Below, piece by piece: positions 48,634-57,909 of a DNA stretch of 64,000 bases. This DNA is from an uncultured Candidatus Actinomarina sp. (lineage in GTDB: Bacteria > Actinomycetota > Acidimicrobiia > Actinomarinales > Actinomarinaceae), in NCBI GenBank assembly GCA_902596545.1, contig CACJUH010000001.1:6858-70857 (forward strand). The letters run 5' to 3'. A program made the position numbers and the translations under genes. The notes beneath the pieces are model-generated. The model was not told where the DNA came from. It ran no database searches and saw nothing but the letters and a program-made list of their open reading frames with translations. Numbering within the stretch: the stretch's first letter is position 1; the number at the start of each line of letters is the position of its first letter.

Positions 48634-49620
48634 TTATTCTGTATCAGTAGATATAATATTTTCTCTTATTGAATTTAAATATAAACCTACTACTACAAGC
48701 ACTCCTCCCACTAGGAAAAGAATTAAAGGTGGCCATATGTTATCTGGCAATATTTCAGTTATCAACCTTGGAAGGTTTATAACTAGACCCAAACCACCAA
48801 TAAAAAATATTACTTGTTCAGAAAGCTGAATACTTGCCCAAACATAAAATATTGATCCCAAAATTAAAATTAAAATACTAATTATTTCAACTTGAATGAG
48901 GTCTTCTATCAAAATTATTGTGCCAATAGAAACAGTAGATACCGATAGAAAATATCCTAACCAGCTTGGTTTCAGAAGTGTTGAGTAAGTATTTATACCC
49001 CAAATACTTCCAATAGCAATTAGAAAAAGTCCAGCAGCCCAAGGTTCGATATTCGGAAATAATAAATTCCCAATAGCACCTAGATGAAAACATATACAAT
49101 AAAATAACGCTGCATGTTGAAAAATTAATTTTGTTCTTAAAAACAAATAAAGAGCATAAAGTAAAACAAAAAACGAAACAAGAATAAAGGAGATCTCTTC
49201 ACTAAAATTTACGACTCCTGTTTCTTGGAGAATATTTATAGCAAAAGTTACCGAGGCCCCAAATGAAATATTTGAAATCAAGAAAAGAAAGGAGCTAACT
49301 CTTTCTGTTGATTTAAAAATGAATAGTCTTTCATCTTCTAATTTTTCACTATAAGTAGCTGCATAAAATAAGAAGTAAGTAGTTGCTACTAAAAGTCCTA
49401 GTTGCGCCCAATATGCAAGATTCATCCACAATAGAGGTATTGTTCCAAGAAGACCAGATAAAAGAAATAAACCTCCAATTAAAGTTATTGCTCTAGCAAC
49501 TTTAGATTTTTGATTTGGATTTGACTCTTCTTCAAACTTTACTATTTCTTCATACGAAGCTTGATTAATTAGACCATTTTCTAGCCATATATTTAACAAT
49601 TCTCTTACTTTTTTGTCCAT
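48634..49620 (-). CDS. Polytopic membrane protein (DUF2157-like: cytoplasmic N-terminal helix LLNIWLENGLI followed by about 9 TM helices)
   Basis: Hydrophobicity pattern and N-terminal motif. Confidence 0.4.
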   Translation of the reverse strand: MDKKVRELLNIWLENGLINQASYEEIVKFEEESNPNQKSKVARAITLIGGLFLLSGLLGTIPLLWMNLAYWAQLGLLVATTYFLFYAATYSEKLEDERLFIFKSTERVSSFLFLISNISFGASVTFAINILQETGVVNFSEEISFILVSFFVLLYALYLFLRTKLIFQHAALFYCICFHLGAIGNLLFPNIEPWAAGLFLIAIGSIWGINTYSTLLKPSWLGYFLSVSTVSIGTIILIEDLIQVEIISILILILGSIFYVWASIQLSEQVIFFIGGLGLVINLPRLITEILPDNIWPPLILFLVGGVLVVVGLYLNSIRENIISTDTE

Positions 49621-49687
49621 AAAACAATCCTAATCAATTAAAAATTCATCTCACTAATTTTTATTTATAATCTAAACTCAATAGAGA

Positions 49688-49771
49688 CTTTATTGTTATG
49701 CCGAGATGCCCGAGCGGCCAAAGGGAGCAGACTGTAAATCTGCCGGCTACGCCTTCGTAGGTTCGAATCCT
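49688..49771 (+). tRNA. tRNA-Tyr (anticodon GTA), long variable arm
   Basis: Acceptor GCCGAGA/TCTCGGC, anticodon loop CTGTAAA, T-arm GTAGGTTCGAATCCTAC. No encoded CCA. Confidence 0.85.
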
Positions 49772-49775
49772 ACTC

Positions 49776-49848
49776 TCGGCACTTTGCCCTCTTAGCTCAG
49801 TCGGTAGAGCACTTCCATGGTAAGGAAGAGGTCTCCGGTTCAATCCCG
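49776..49848 (+). tRNA. tRNA-Thr (anticodon GGT)
   Basis: Acceptor GCCCTCT/AGAGGGC, D-arm GCTCAGTCGGTAGAGC, anticodon loop CATGGTAA, T-arm TCCGGTTCAATCCCGGA. Confidence 0.85.
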
Positions 49849-49880
49849 GAAGAGGGCTCAGAGGCTAAAATAAGTCTTAT

Positions 49881-49954
49881 GGCGGCGTAGCTCAGTTGGT
49901 AAGAGCGCACGACTCATAATCGTGAGGTCGGCAGTTCAAGTCTGCCCGCCGCTA
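49881..49954 (+). tRNA. tRNA-Met, elongator type (anticodon CAT)
   Basis: GGCGGCGTAGCTCAGTTGGTAAGAGC...CTCATAA...GGCAGTTCAAGTCTGCC. Lacks the initiator features (no C1:A72, no GGG/CCC anticodon stem). Confidence 0.8.
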
Positions 49955-49978
49955 CTAGTTAAAAAAGGAGAGTAAAAG

Positions 49979-50140
49979 ATGGCTTCAGACAAGAGACCAC
50001 CTTTAACTATGGTTTGCACAGAATGCAAAGCACAGAATTATGTAACTACTAAGAATAAAACGAACGTTCCAGACAGGATGGAATTTAAAAAATATTGTTC
50101 TAGTTGTAGAAAACACCAACTTCATAGAGAAAAAAGATAG
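49979..50140 (+). CDS. rpmG: 50S ribosomal protein L33
   Basis: 53-aa [53 protein letters not shown] with L33 zinc-ribbon Cys pairs. RBS AAAAGGAG. Not in the ORF track because it is under 60 aa. Confidence 0.9.
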   Translation: MASDKRPPLTMVCTECKAQNYVTTKNKTNVPDRMEFKKYCSSCRKHQLHREKR

Positions 50141-50177
50141 ATTTATTGAGTTTTCCTAATTATTCTTGATATAGATA

Positions 50178-50762
50178 ATGAGTAATACATCAGAGGCGAG
50201 CAACCACAGTGATGAAATTTCTAATTCTGAGCTAGTTAGAAAATCACAACTCGGAGACAAAGCTGCATTTGAACAGCTTGTTATTAGGCATCAAGATTTA
50301 GTTTTTTCTCTTGCTTATAAACTTACAGGAAATAGAGAAATGGCAAACGATGTAGCACAAGAGGCTTTTATAAGGGCTTGGAAAGCTATTGAAAAATTTA
50401 GAGGCGATTCCACTTTTAGTACTTGGATTTATAGAATTACTGTCAATACTGCATGGACCTTGAGAAAAAAAGCTAAAAAGCACAATACTTTAAATATTGA
50501 CGACACTTACGAACCAATCGTGATTGATGAGAAAAAAGATCCTGAGTTAGTTGCTATAAACTCTGACCTATCGTCTGTATTAATCAATGCATTAGATAAA
50601 ATTCCGATTGAGCAGAGAATTATCGTTGAACTAAAAAATATAGAAGGAAGATCTCATAAAGAGATTGCAGATTACTTAGACATAAGCGTTACTGCTGCAA
50701 AGGTTAGACTTCATAGAGCTCATCAAAAGTTAAGACAGATTTTAGAGGAAGTTGAACGATGA
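50178..50762 (+). CDS. ECF (group IV) sigma-70 family RNA polymerase sigma factor
   Basis: Region 2 (LVFSLAYKLTGNREMANDVAQEAFIRAWKAI) and region 4 HTH (SHKEIADYLDISVTAAKVRLHRAHQKLR). Confidence 0.85.
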   Translation: MSNTSEASNHSDEISNSELVRKSQLGDKAAFEQLVIRHQDLVFSLAYKLTGNREMANDVAQEAFIRAWKAIEKFRGDSTFSTWIYRITVNTAWTLRKKAKKHNTLNIDDTYEPIVIDEKKDPELVAINSDLSSVLINALDKIPIEQRIIVELKNIEGRSHKEIADYLDISVTAAKVRLHRAHQKLRQILEEVER

Positions 50763-51133
50763 GAGATTTTTTTAATGATTTGAAAAAAAATATTCTGTGT
50801 AAAAGAACAAGAAATAAGATGCTCTCAGCATATTTAAGTAATGAATATTTTGGTTTCGATGATAACTTACACGCATCTTCCTGCATCAAATGTCAGGTTT
50901 CTGGTAAAAGATACAAAGCCTTCAAAGAAGAGTTAGATAATGAATTGCAAAAAGATGTAGAGGTTCCAACAGATTTTGCCTCAAAAGTAATGTCTTCACT
51001 TGATAAAAAAGTAAAAACAACTACAAGTAAGAGCACAAAAATAATATTATTGACATTGCTTGGAATATTATCAATTGTATTTTTAATATTTGGAAGAAAA
51101 CGCTCTTCTAATAAATTAGAGAAGGAGCAATAA
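50759..51133 (+). CDS. Membrane-anchored zinc-binding anti-sigma factor (ZAS family)
   Basis: C14 ... H38-x3-C42-x2-C45 (LHASSCIKC) matches the RsrA-type ZAS motif and spacing. C-terminal TM helix IILLTLLGILSIVFLIF. Translationally coupled to the sigma gene. Confidence 0.7.
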   Translation: MRDFFNDLKKNILCKRTRNKMLSAYLSNEYFGFDDNLHASSCIKCQVSGKRYKAFKEELDNELQKDVEVPTDFASKVMSSLDKKVKTTTSKSTKIILLTLLGILSIVFLIFGRKRSSNKLEKEQ

Positions 51134-51136
51134 CTT

Positions 51137-51210
51137 AGGGGTGTAGCTCTAATTGGCAGAGCGACGGTCTCCAAAACCGTAGGTTGTGAGTTCGAGTCTC
51201 ACCGCCCCTG
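51137..51210 (+). tRNA. tRNA-Trp (anticodon CCA)
   Basis: AGGGGTGTAGCTCTAATTGGCAGAGC...CTCCAAA...GTGAGTTCGAGTCTCAC CGCCCCT G. Confidence 0.85.
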
Positions 51211-51221
51211 CAGAGGTAATT

Positions 51222-51524
51222 ATGAATGAAATGAACAGAGAAATGAGGAGAATGTCCGAACGTGAAGAGCGTTTGGCAAAAAAAGCTGATAGAAATATTG
51301 GCAAATATCAATCCGGAGAAAAAGTTTCTAGATTTAAGAGAATTACAAATTATCTTGGAGAGGTTAGGACCGAATTAAAAAGAGTTAACTGGCCTACATA
51401 TTCAACCCTAACTTCATTCACACTTGTAACAATTATTACAATTGCATTTTTTACAGTATTTATTTTTGGAATGGACTTTAGTTTTAAAAATTCTTTGATT
51501 AACCTATTAACCTTTGGTGAATAA
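51222..51524 (+). CDS. secE: Preprotein translocase subunit SecE
   Basis: Start placed at MNEMNREM, after the tRNA-Trp; the track ORF overlaps the tRNA. C-terminal TM helix with conserved position ahead of nusG. Confidence 0.8.
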   Translation: MNEMNREMRRMSEREERLAKKADRNIGKYQSGEKVSRFKRITNYLGEVRTELKRVNWPTYSTLTSFTLVTIITIAFFTVFIFGMDFSFKNSLINLLTFGE

Positions 51525-52144
51525 TGGTAGAAGATACAGTTACAACAGAAGAAACAGATGAATTAAGTGATGAAATAGAGGATTCTCCTTCTCATCCTTA
51601 TGACTTGCCAGGCGAGTGGTTTGTATTAAATGCACAATCTGGACATGAAAAAAAAGTCAGAACAAATATTTTAACTAGAATAAAGAATCTTCATTTAGAA
51701 GATAAAGTATATGATGTAGTAATTCCTACTGATGAAGTTGTAGAAATTAGAAACGGTAAAAAAGTTAATTTAGAAAAAAAGACTTTTCCCGGATATGTAC
51801 TTGTAAGAATGGATCTCGATGATACTACTTGGTACGAAATTAGGAACACACCTTCAATCATTGGATTTGTTGGTTCTGGAAAAAGACCTATCCCTTTATC
51901 TAGAAGAGAGATTGAACGAATTTTAGGATCTAATGAAGAGGTAGAAGTTAAAAAAGAGTCTCCAAAATTCAAACCAGATTTTGAAATTGGAGAGACAGTA
52001 AGAGTTACAACAGGTCCTTTTGCAGACTTCAATGGAATTATTGAGGAAATTAATTTAGACCAATCAAAAGTTACAGTTTTAGTTAATATATTTGGACGAG
52101 AAACTCCTGTAGAGCTTGGCTTTACAGATATAGTGAAAAATTAA
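51524..52144 (+). CDS. nusG: Transcription termination/antitermination factor NusG (acidic N-terminal extension)
   Basis: NGN domain ([14 protein letters not shown]...FPGYVLVRM) and KOW domain ([18 protein letters not shown]). Confidence 0.95.
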   Translation: MVEDTVTTEETDELSDEIEDSPSHPYDLPGEWFVLNAQSGHEKKVRTNILTRIKNLHLEDKVYDVVIPTDEVVEIRNGKKVNLEKKTFPGYVLVRMDLDDTTWYEIRNTPSIIGFVGSGKRPIPLSRREIERILGSNEEVEVKKESPKFKPDFEIGETVRVTTGPFADFNGIIEEINLDQSKVTVLVNIFGRETPVELGFTDIVKN

Positions 52145-52152
52145 GGATACAA

Positions 52153-52578
52153 ATGTCAAAACCAATTAAAGCATTACTCAAATTACAAATACCTGGCGGA
52201 GGAGCTACACCAGCACCACCAGTTGGTTCAGCGTTGGGTCAGTATGGTGTGAACATCATGGATTTTGTTCAAGCATTTAATAATGATACTGCAAGCAGAC
52301 AGGGAGAAACTGTACCAGTAGAAATAACAATATATGAAGATAATTCATTCACTTTTGTTACAAAAACTGCTCCAGCTTCATATTTAATTAAAAAGGCAAT
52401 AGGTCTAGAATCAGGATCTCCAGAACCGCATAAAGAAAAAGTCGCCTCAATCACAAGAGATCAACTAAAAAATATTGCTGAAGCGAAAATGGAAGATTTG
52501 AATGCAAATGATATTGACGCGGCTATCAATATTATTGCTGGAACTGCAAGATCAATGGGAGTGACTGTAGAAAATTAA
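52153..52578 (+). CDS. rplK: 50S ribosomal protein L11
   Basis: [29 protein letters not shown] motif. Confidence 0.97.
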   Translation: MSKPIKALLKLQIPGGGATPAPPVGSALGQYGVNIMDFVQAFNNDTASRQGETVPVEITIYEDNSFTFVTKTAPASYLIKKAIGLESGSPEPHKEKVASITRDQLKNIAEAKMEDLNANDIDAAINIIAGTARSMGVTVEN

Positions 52579-52628
52579 AGACTAGTTATATTTGGGAGAT
52601 TAAAATCGCTCGAACCAAAGGAGTATAA

Positions 52629-53315
52629 ATGAAAAAACACGGAAAAAAATACACACAAGCCAAAGAGAAAATATCTGAGACTAAACAATCGAAATCAGAA
52701 GCTATTAAAACCTGTCAAGAGGTAGCATCAGCAAAATTTGATGAATCTATTGATGCTTCTTTTTCTTTAGGTATTGATCCAAAAGATGCAGAACAAAATA
52801 TTAGAAGTACAGTTTCTTTGCCAAATGGTACTGGTAAAGAGGTAAAAATTGCTGTTTTTGCTGGTGGAGAGGCGCTAACAGAAGCTGAGGAAGCAGGAGC
52901 AGACATAGTTGGTGGTAAAGAATTGGCTACAAAAGTTGCTTCAGAAGAGAAGTTAGATGTTGATATTGTAATTTCTACACCTGAAATGATGGCTGAAGTT
53001 GGTCAATTAGGTAAAATTCTTGGACCTAAGGGTCTAATGCCTAATCCAAAAACCGGTACAGTAACCCCTAATGTTGCAAAAGCTGTTGAAGACTTTAAAA
53101 AAGGAAAGATAGAAATTAAAAATGATAAATTTGGAAATTTACAAATGTCCATAGGTAAAGTTTCATTTGATGCAGATAGTCTTTTACAAAACTTTGATGA
53201 AGTTATTGCAGAAGTCTTAAAATCTAAACCAGCTTCTTCAAAGGGTGAGTATATAAAAAGTGTTTACATTTCATCAACTATGGGTCCATCAATACCAGTT
53301 GATATAAATTTGTAA
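52629..53315 (+). CDS. rplA: 50S ribosomal protein L1
   Basis: Characteristic L1 sequence. RBS AAGGAG. Confidence 0.97.
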   Translation: MKKHGKKYTQAKEKISETKQSKSEAIKTCQEVASAKFDESIDASFSLGIDPKDAEQNIRSTVSLPNGTGKEVKIAVFAGGEALTEAEEAGADIVGGKELATKVASEEKLDVDIVISTPEMMAEVGQLGKILGPKGLMPNPKTGTVTPNVAKAVEDFKKGKIEIKNDKFGNLQMSIGKVSFDADSLLQNFDEVIAEVLKSKPASSKGEYIKSVYISSTMGPSIPVDINL

Positions 53316-53446
53316 TTTATTTGTATTTAAAATTAAAAGACGTTTATATTGTTAAAAGACAATTAAAACCAAAGACCGTTAGTCATAGATTGTAAATCTA
53401 ACGCAGGTAAAGTGATTATGGTCCTTGGTATGCAAGGATTTTTTAT
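53316..53446 (+). promoter_or_regulatory. Probable rplJ (L10) leader autoregulatory region
   Basis: 131-nt untranslated gap upstream of rplJ, in the position of the conserved L10(L12)4-binding leader. Confidence 0.4.
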
Positions 53447-54040
53447 ATGGTAAGAGAAGATAAAGTTCAAGCTGTTAAAGACTTAGAAGATTTATTTAAG
53501 TCTGCAAACGCTTTGGTATTGGCAGAATATAGAGGTCTTACTGTATCTCAACAAACTAAGTTAAGAAGATCTTTAAAAAATGCTGGTGCATCCTTTAATG
53601 TAGTGAAGATGTCTCTTGCTAAAAGAGCAGCTGAAAATATTGGATTAGATTCACTATCAGATTATTTTGCAGGACCTACTGGTGTCACAATTATTGATTC
53701 TGATCCTGTAGAAGCTGCAAAAGTATTAAAAGATTTTTCAAAAGAAAACGATGCCTTTGTAGTTAAAGGTGGATTAATGAATTCAGAACCTTTAACTGTT
53801 GAACAAATTAATGTGCTTGCGAATATTGAACCTAGAGATGTACTTCTTGCCAAAATTGCTGGAGGATTCAATGCACCTCTAGTAAAAGTAGCTGCGGGCA
53901 CAAAAGCTATTATCAATAAAGCATCTTATGCTTTGAGTGCATTGGTCGATAAAAAAGCATCGACAGACGAAGTTTCTGAAGTTGCCTCTTCTGATGAGGA
54001 TGTTGCAATTTCTGAAGAAGTTAAAAATGAGGAGGAATAA
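53447..54040 (+). CDS. rplJ: 50S ribosomal protein L10 (acidic C-terminal tail)
   Basis: Sequence family and position before rplL. Confidence 0.95.
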   Translation: MVREDKVQAVKDLEDLFKSANALVLAEYRGLTVSQQTKLRRSLKNAGASFNVVKMSLAKRAAENIGLDSLSDYFAGPTGVTIIDSDPVEAAKVLKDFSKENDAFVVKGGLMNSEPLTVEQINVLANIEPRDVLLAKIAGGFNAPLVKVAAGTKAIINKASYALSALVDKKASTDEVSEVASSDEDVAISEEVKNEEE

Positions 54041-54043
54041 CAA

Positions 54044-54430
54044 ATGGCTAAAATGACAACTGATGAGTTGCTTGGCGTATTTGAGGAGATGACAGTATTA
54101 GAATTAAAAGAATTCTTAGACGCTTTTGAAGAAAAGTTTGATGTTACTGCTGCAGCCCCTGTCGCTGTTGCTGCTGCACCAGCAGGTGGAGGAGATGACG
54201 CAGGAGCAGGAGAAGAAAAAGATTCTTTTGATGTTGTTCTTGCAGATGCAGGATCACAAAAGATACAAGTTATCAAAGAAGTTAGGGGCTTAACTAGTTT
54301 AGGACTAAAAGAAGCCAAAGAACTTGTTGATAACGCTCCTTCAGATATACTTTCTGGTGCTTCTAAAGAAGATGCTGAAAAAGCTAAAGAAGCCTTAGAA
54401 GGTGCTGGCGCAACTGTAGAATTAAAATAA
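54044..54430 (+). CDS. rplL: 50S ribosomal protein L7/L12
   Basis: Ala/Gly hinge and C-terminal [19 protein letters not shown]...GATVELK. Confidence 0.97.
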   Translation: MAKMTTDELLGVFEEMTVLELKEFLDAFEEKFDVTAAAPVAVAAAPAGGGDDAGAGEEKDSFDVVLADAGSQKIQVIKEVRGLTSLGLKEAKELVDNAPSDILSGASKEDAEKAKEALEGAGATVELK

Positions 54431-54474
54431 TTTTATTATTATTTGTTTGCTTAAATAATAAGTACTAATATACT

Positions 54475-54506
54475 CTACCTTTCGGGTAGTTGTTATTAAT
54501 TTTTTT
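54475..54506 (+). terminator. Weak hairpin + U-tract (CTACC-TTTCG-GGTAG then TTGTTATTAATTTTTTT) in the rplL-rpoB spacer; candidate attenuator
   Basis: Position corresponds to the classical partial terminator between rplL and rpoB. The stem is only 5-6 bp. Confidence 0.3.
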
Positions 54507-54516
54507 AGGAGGCTTG

Positions 54517-57500
54517 TTGTCCGCTGTTCAGAATTCTAGACTTTCGTTTGCAAAAATTCCAAAAGTTCTAGATATTCCAGATTTATTAATTATACAAAAA
54601 GATTCCTTCAAGTGGTTTATTGAAGAAGGTCTAAAAGAAATACTTGAAGAAATTTCACCTATTGAAGATTTCTCTGGTCGTTTTTCATTAGAATTTTTGA
54701 ACCATTATTTTGAAGAACCACTAAAGACTCTTGAAGACTGCAGAGTAACAGACTCAACTTATTCACAACCTTTATATGTAACTGCCCAATTTCTTGATAG
54801 AGAAACAGGCCAGATTAAACAACAGACAGTATTTTTAGGCGACTTCCCAATTATGACTGATACTGGTACATTCGTTATAAATGGCACAGAAAGAGTAATT
54901 GTAAGTCAGCTAGTTAGATCTCCAGGTGTATATTTTTCTCAGGAAATTGACAAGACTTCAGACAAAGAAGTTTTTATTGGAAAAATGATTCCTGGAAGAG
55001 GTGCATGGCTTGAATTTGATACGGACAAAAGAGACACTTTAGGTGTAAGAGTAGATAGAAAAAGAAGACAGCACATTACTGGTTTTTTAATGGCTCTGGA
55101 TGTAATTGAAAATAAAGAAGATGCTATTGAGCTTCTTGGAGATTATCCATCAGTACATAACACTATTGAAAGAGATCCTGATACTACTAGAGAAGCAGCG
55201 CTCATTGATTTATATAGAAAACTTCGTCCAGGAGAACCTGCTTCAGTTGAATCAGCTAGAAATTTGGTAAAGCAGATGTTCTACACTCCTAAGAGATATG
55301 ACCTAACAAAGGTTGGAAGATACAAGGTTGAGCAAAAACTTGGTCGTCAATACGGTGAGAAAGATGCTGAAACTTACTCTACCGAAGTTGATGGCATGTT
55401 AAGAATAGAAGATATGATTGACTCAATTAAATATGTAATTGCTTTACATGCAGGTGAAGAAAGTTTTGTAAACAATTTAGGAAAAGAAATTCCGGTCAAA
55501 CTAGATGATATTGATCATTTTGGAAATAGAAGAATCAGAACAGTTGGAGAATTAGTTCAAAATCAGGTACGTGTCGGCCTTAGTAGATTAGAGAGAGTTG
55601 TTAGAGAAAGAATGACTACCCAGGAACCAGAAGCAATTACTCCACAATCATTAATAAATATAAGACCTATTCAAGCTTCGTTAAAAGAGTTTTTTGGAAC
55701 AAGTCAATTAAGTCAATTTATGGATCAACCAAACCCGATTGCTGGTCTTACTCATAGAAGAAGACTTTCAGCCCTTGGACCAGGAGGCCTTTCTAGAGAG
55801 AGAGCAGGTTTTGAAGTCAGAGACGTTCATCCATCACATTACGGAAGAATGTGTCCAATTGAGACTCCAGAAGGTCCAAATATTGGACTTATTGGTACAT
55901 TGGCAACTTATGGAAGAGTTAATAAATTTGGTTTTATTGAAACTCCCTATTGGAAAGTTGAAAATGGTGTAGTAAAAACAAGTAGAGCAGTATATCTCAC
56001 TGCTGCACAAGAAGACATATATACAATAGCTCAAGCTAATGCACCTTTAAATGAAGATGGAACCTTTCAAAACAAGAGAGTGCTTGCAAGACAAGATGGA
56101 GGATCAGTAGCTTTCGTCTCAGATAAAGATATAGATTACATGGACGTTAGTCCAAAACAAATTTGTTCCGTAACTACTGCATTAATACCTTTCCTTGAAC
56201 ACGATGATGCAAATAGAGCCTTAATGGGTTCAAACATGCAACGACAAGCTGTTCCTCTTGTAAAAACAGAAGCTCCTTATGTTGGAACTGGCATGGAAGA
56301 AAATGTAGCTAGAGATTCTGGCGAAGCTCTAATTTCAAATATTACAGGAGTCGTTGAGGAAGTTACAGGTGACGAAATAACCGTCAAAGAAGATGGAACA
56401 AATAAAAAATTTAGATATCAAGTACTTAAATTTAAGCGTTCAAACCAAGCAACTAGTTGGAATCAAAAACCATTAGTTAAAGTTGGAACAAAAGTAAAGC
56501 CCGGTGATGTTTTAGCTGATGGGCCAAGTACCCAGGGAGGAGAATTGGCACTAGGGAAAAACTTACTAGTTGGATATATGCCATGGGATGGATACAACTT
56601 CGAAGATTCTATTGTTATTTCTGAAAGACTTGTCAAAGAAGATGTTCTTACCTCTGTCCACATAGCTGAACACGAAATTGAAGCTAGGGATACAAAATTA
56701 GGTGAAGAAGAAATAACTAGAGATATTCCTAATGTTGCTGAAGAGGTTTTAATGGACCTTGATGAAATGGGCATTGTAAGAATTGGTGCTGAAGTATCAC
56801 CTGGAGATTATTTGGTTGGGAAAGTAACTCCAAAAGGTGAGACAGAACTAACTCCAGAGGAGAGACTTTTAAGAGCAATATTTGGCGAAAAAGCTAGAGA
56901 AGTTAGAGATACTTCTTTAAGAGTTCCTCATGGTGAAAGAGGAAAAGTAATTGATGTACAAATTTTAAAGAGAGACGATGGTGCTGATTTGCCACCAGGT
57001 GTTAATCAAAAAGTAAGAGTTTATGTAGCAATACAAAGAAAAATCCAAGTTGGAGATAAGTTATCCGGAAGACATGGCAACAAGGGAGTGATTTCAAAAA
57101 TCCTACCTGTTGAAGACATGCCTTACATGGAAGATGGCAGATCACTTGATATTATGCTCTCACCTTTAGGTGTTCCAAGTCGAATGAATCTTGGTCAAAT
57201 ATTAGAAACCCATTTAGGTTGGGCTGCAGACCAAGGTTGGAATGAATATAAAGGTGAAACAAAAGCTGCTAAAGGTGCAAAACCTGGAACATTAATATCA
57301 ACCCCTGTTTTTGATGGAGCTGATGAAGATGAAATTCATGAAATTTTAAGAAATGTTAACCCAAATAGAGATGGAAACTTGCTTGTCGATGAAGATGGAA
57401 AAGCAACCTTGTTTGATGGCCGAACAGGAGAAGCTTTTGATTCAAAGATAACTGTTGGGTACACATATATATTAAAACTTATTCATTTAGTTGATGAAAA

Positions 57501-57906
57501 AATTCACGCAAGATCAACCGGACCTTATTCAATGATTACTCAACAGCCACTTGGAGGTAAAGCTCAATTTGGAGGTCAAAGATTTGGTGAAATGGAAGTA
57601 TGGGCTCTAGAAGCTTACGGTGCAAGCTATGCCTTACAGGAACTGTTAACAATTAAATCTGACGATACCGTAGGAAGAGTAAAAGTTTATGAATCAATTG
57701 TTAAAGGTGATAATATACCAGAACCAGGAATCCCTGAATCATTTAAAGTCCTCCTTAAAGAGATGCAAAGTCTTTGCTTAAATGTAGAAATCCTTTCTGC
57801 TGGAGAAGAAATTTCAATGAAGGATATTAGCGATGAATATGTAAAAACAGCTGAAACATTAGGAATTGATATGACAAGACCAGAACAAGACGAGGCTGAG
57901 GTATAA
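54517..57906 (+). CDS. rpoB: DNA-directed RNA polymerase subunit beta
   Basis: Strongly actinobacterial-type RpoB along its whole length (e.g. [79 protein letters not shown]). Start placed at TTG after the AGGAGG RBS (54507-54512); the exact start codon is uncertain. Confidence 0.97.
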   Translation: MSAVQNSRLSFAKIPKVLDIPDLLIIQKDSFKWFIEEGLKEILEEISPIEDFSGRFSLEFLNHYFEEPLKTLEDCRVTDSTYSQPLYVTAQFLDRETGQIKQQTVFLGDFPIMTDTGTFVINGTERVIVSQLVRSPGVYFSQEIDKTSDKEVFIGKMIPGRGAWLEFDTDKRDTLGVRVDRKRRQHITGFLMALDVIENKEDAIELLGDYPSVHNTIERDPDTTREAALIDLYRKLRPGEPASVESARNLVKQMFYTPKRYDLTKVGRYKVEQKLGRQYGEKDAETYSTEVDGMLRIEDMIDSIKYVIALHAGEESFVNNLGKEIPVKLDDIDHFGNRRIRTVGELVQNQVRVGLSRLERVVRERMTTQEPEAITPQSLINIRPIQASLKEFFGTSQLSQFMDQPNPIAGLTHRRRLSALGPGGLSRERAGFEVRDVHPSHYGRMCPIETPEGPNIGLIGTLATYGRVNKFGFIETPYWKVENGVVKTSRAVYLTAAQEDIYTIAQANAPLNEDGTFQNKRVLARQDGGSVAFVSDKDIDYMDVSPKQICSVTTALIPFLEHDDANRALMGSNMQRQAVPLVKTEAPYVGTGMEENVARDSGEALISNITGVVEEVTGDEITVKEDGTNKKFRYQVLKFKRSNQATSWNQKPLVKVGTKVKPGDVLADGPSTQGGELALGKNLLVGYMPWDGYNFEDSIVISERLVKEDVLTSVHIAEHEIEARDTKLGEEEITRDIPNVAEEVLMDLDEMGIVRIGAEVSPGDYLVGKVTPKGETELTPEERLLRAIFGEKAREVRDTSLRVPHGERGKVIDVQILKRDDGADLPPGVNQKVRVYVAIQRKIQVGDKLSGRHGNKGVISKILPVEDMPYMEDGRSLDIMLSPLGVPSRMNLGQILETHLGWAADQGWNEYKGETKAAKGAKPGTLISTPVFDGADEDEIHEILRNVNPNRDGNLLVDEDGKATLFDGRTGEAFDSKITVGYTYILKLIHLVDEKIHARSTGPYSMITQQPLGGKAQFGGQRFGEMEVWALEAYGASYALQELLTIKSDDTVGRVKVYESIVKGDNIPEPGIPESFKVLLKEMQSLCLNVEILSAGEEISMKDISDEYVKTAETLGIDMTRPEQDEAEV

Positions 57907-57909
57907 ACA

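Noticed and set aside
49621-49687. TATAAT hexamer (49666-49671) as the promoter of the tRNA-Tyr/Thr/Met-rpmG cluster
   Set aside because: There is no convincing -35 element. TATAAT-like hexamers are common by chance at this AT content.
53662-54318. Minus-strand ORFs of 84 and 130 aa
   Set aside because: Antisense to rplJ and rplL. The Ala/Ser-rich translation mirrors the L7/L12 hinge.
55739-56774. Small ORFs on both strands inside rpoB, and similar ones inside rpoC (58887-59462, 60237-60553, 61317-61595)
   Set aside because: Embedded in essential, strongly conserved polymerase genes. No independent support.
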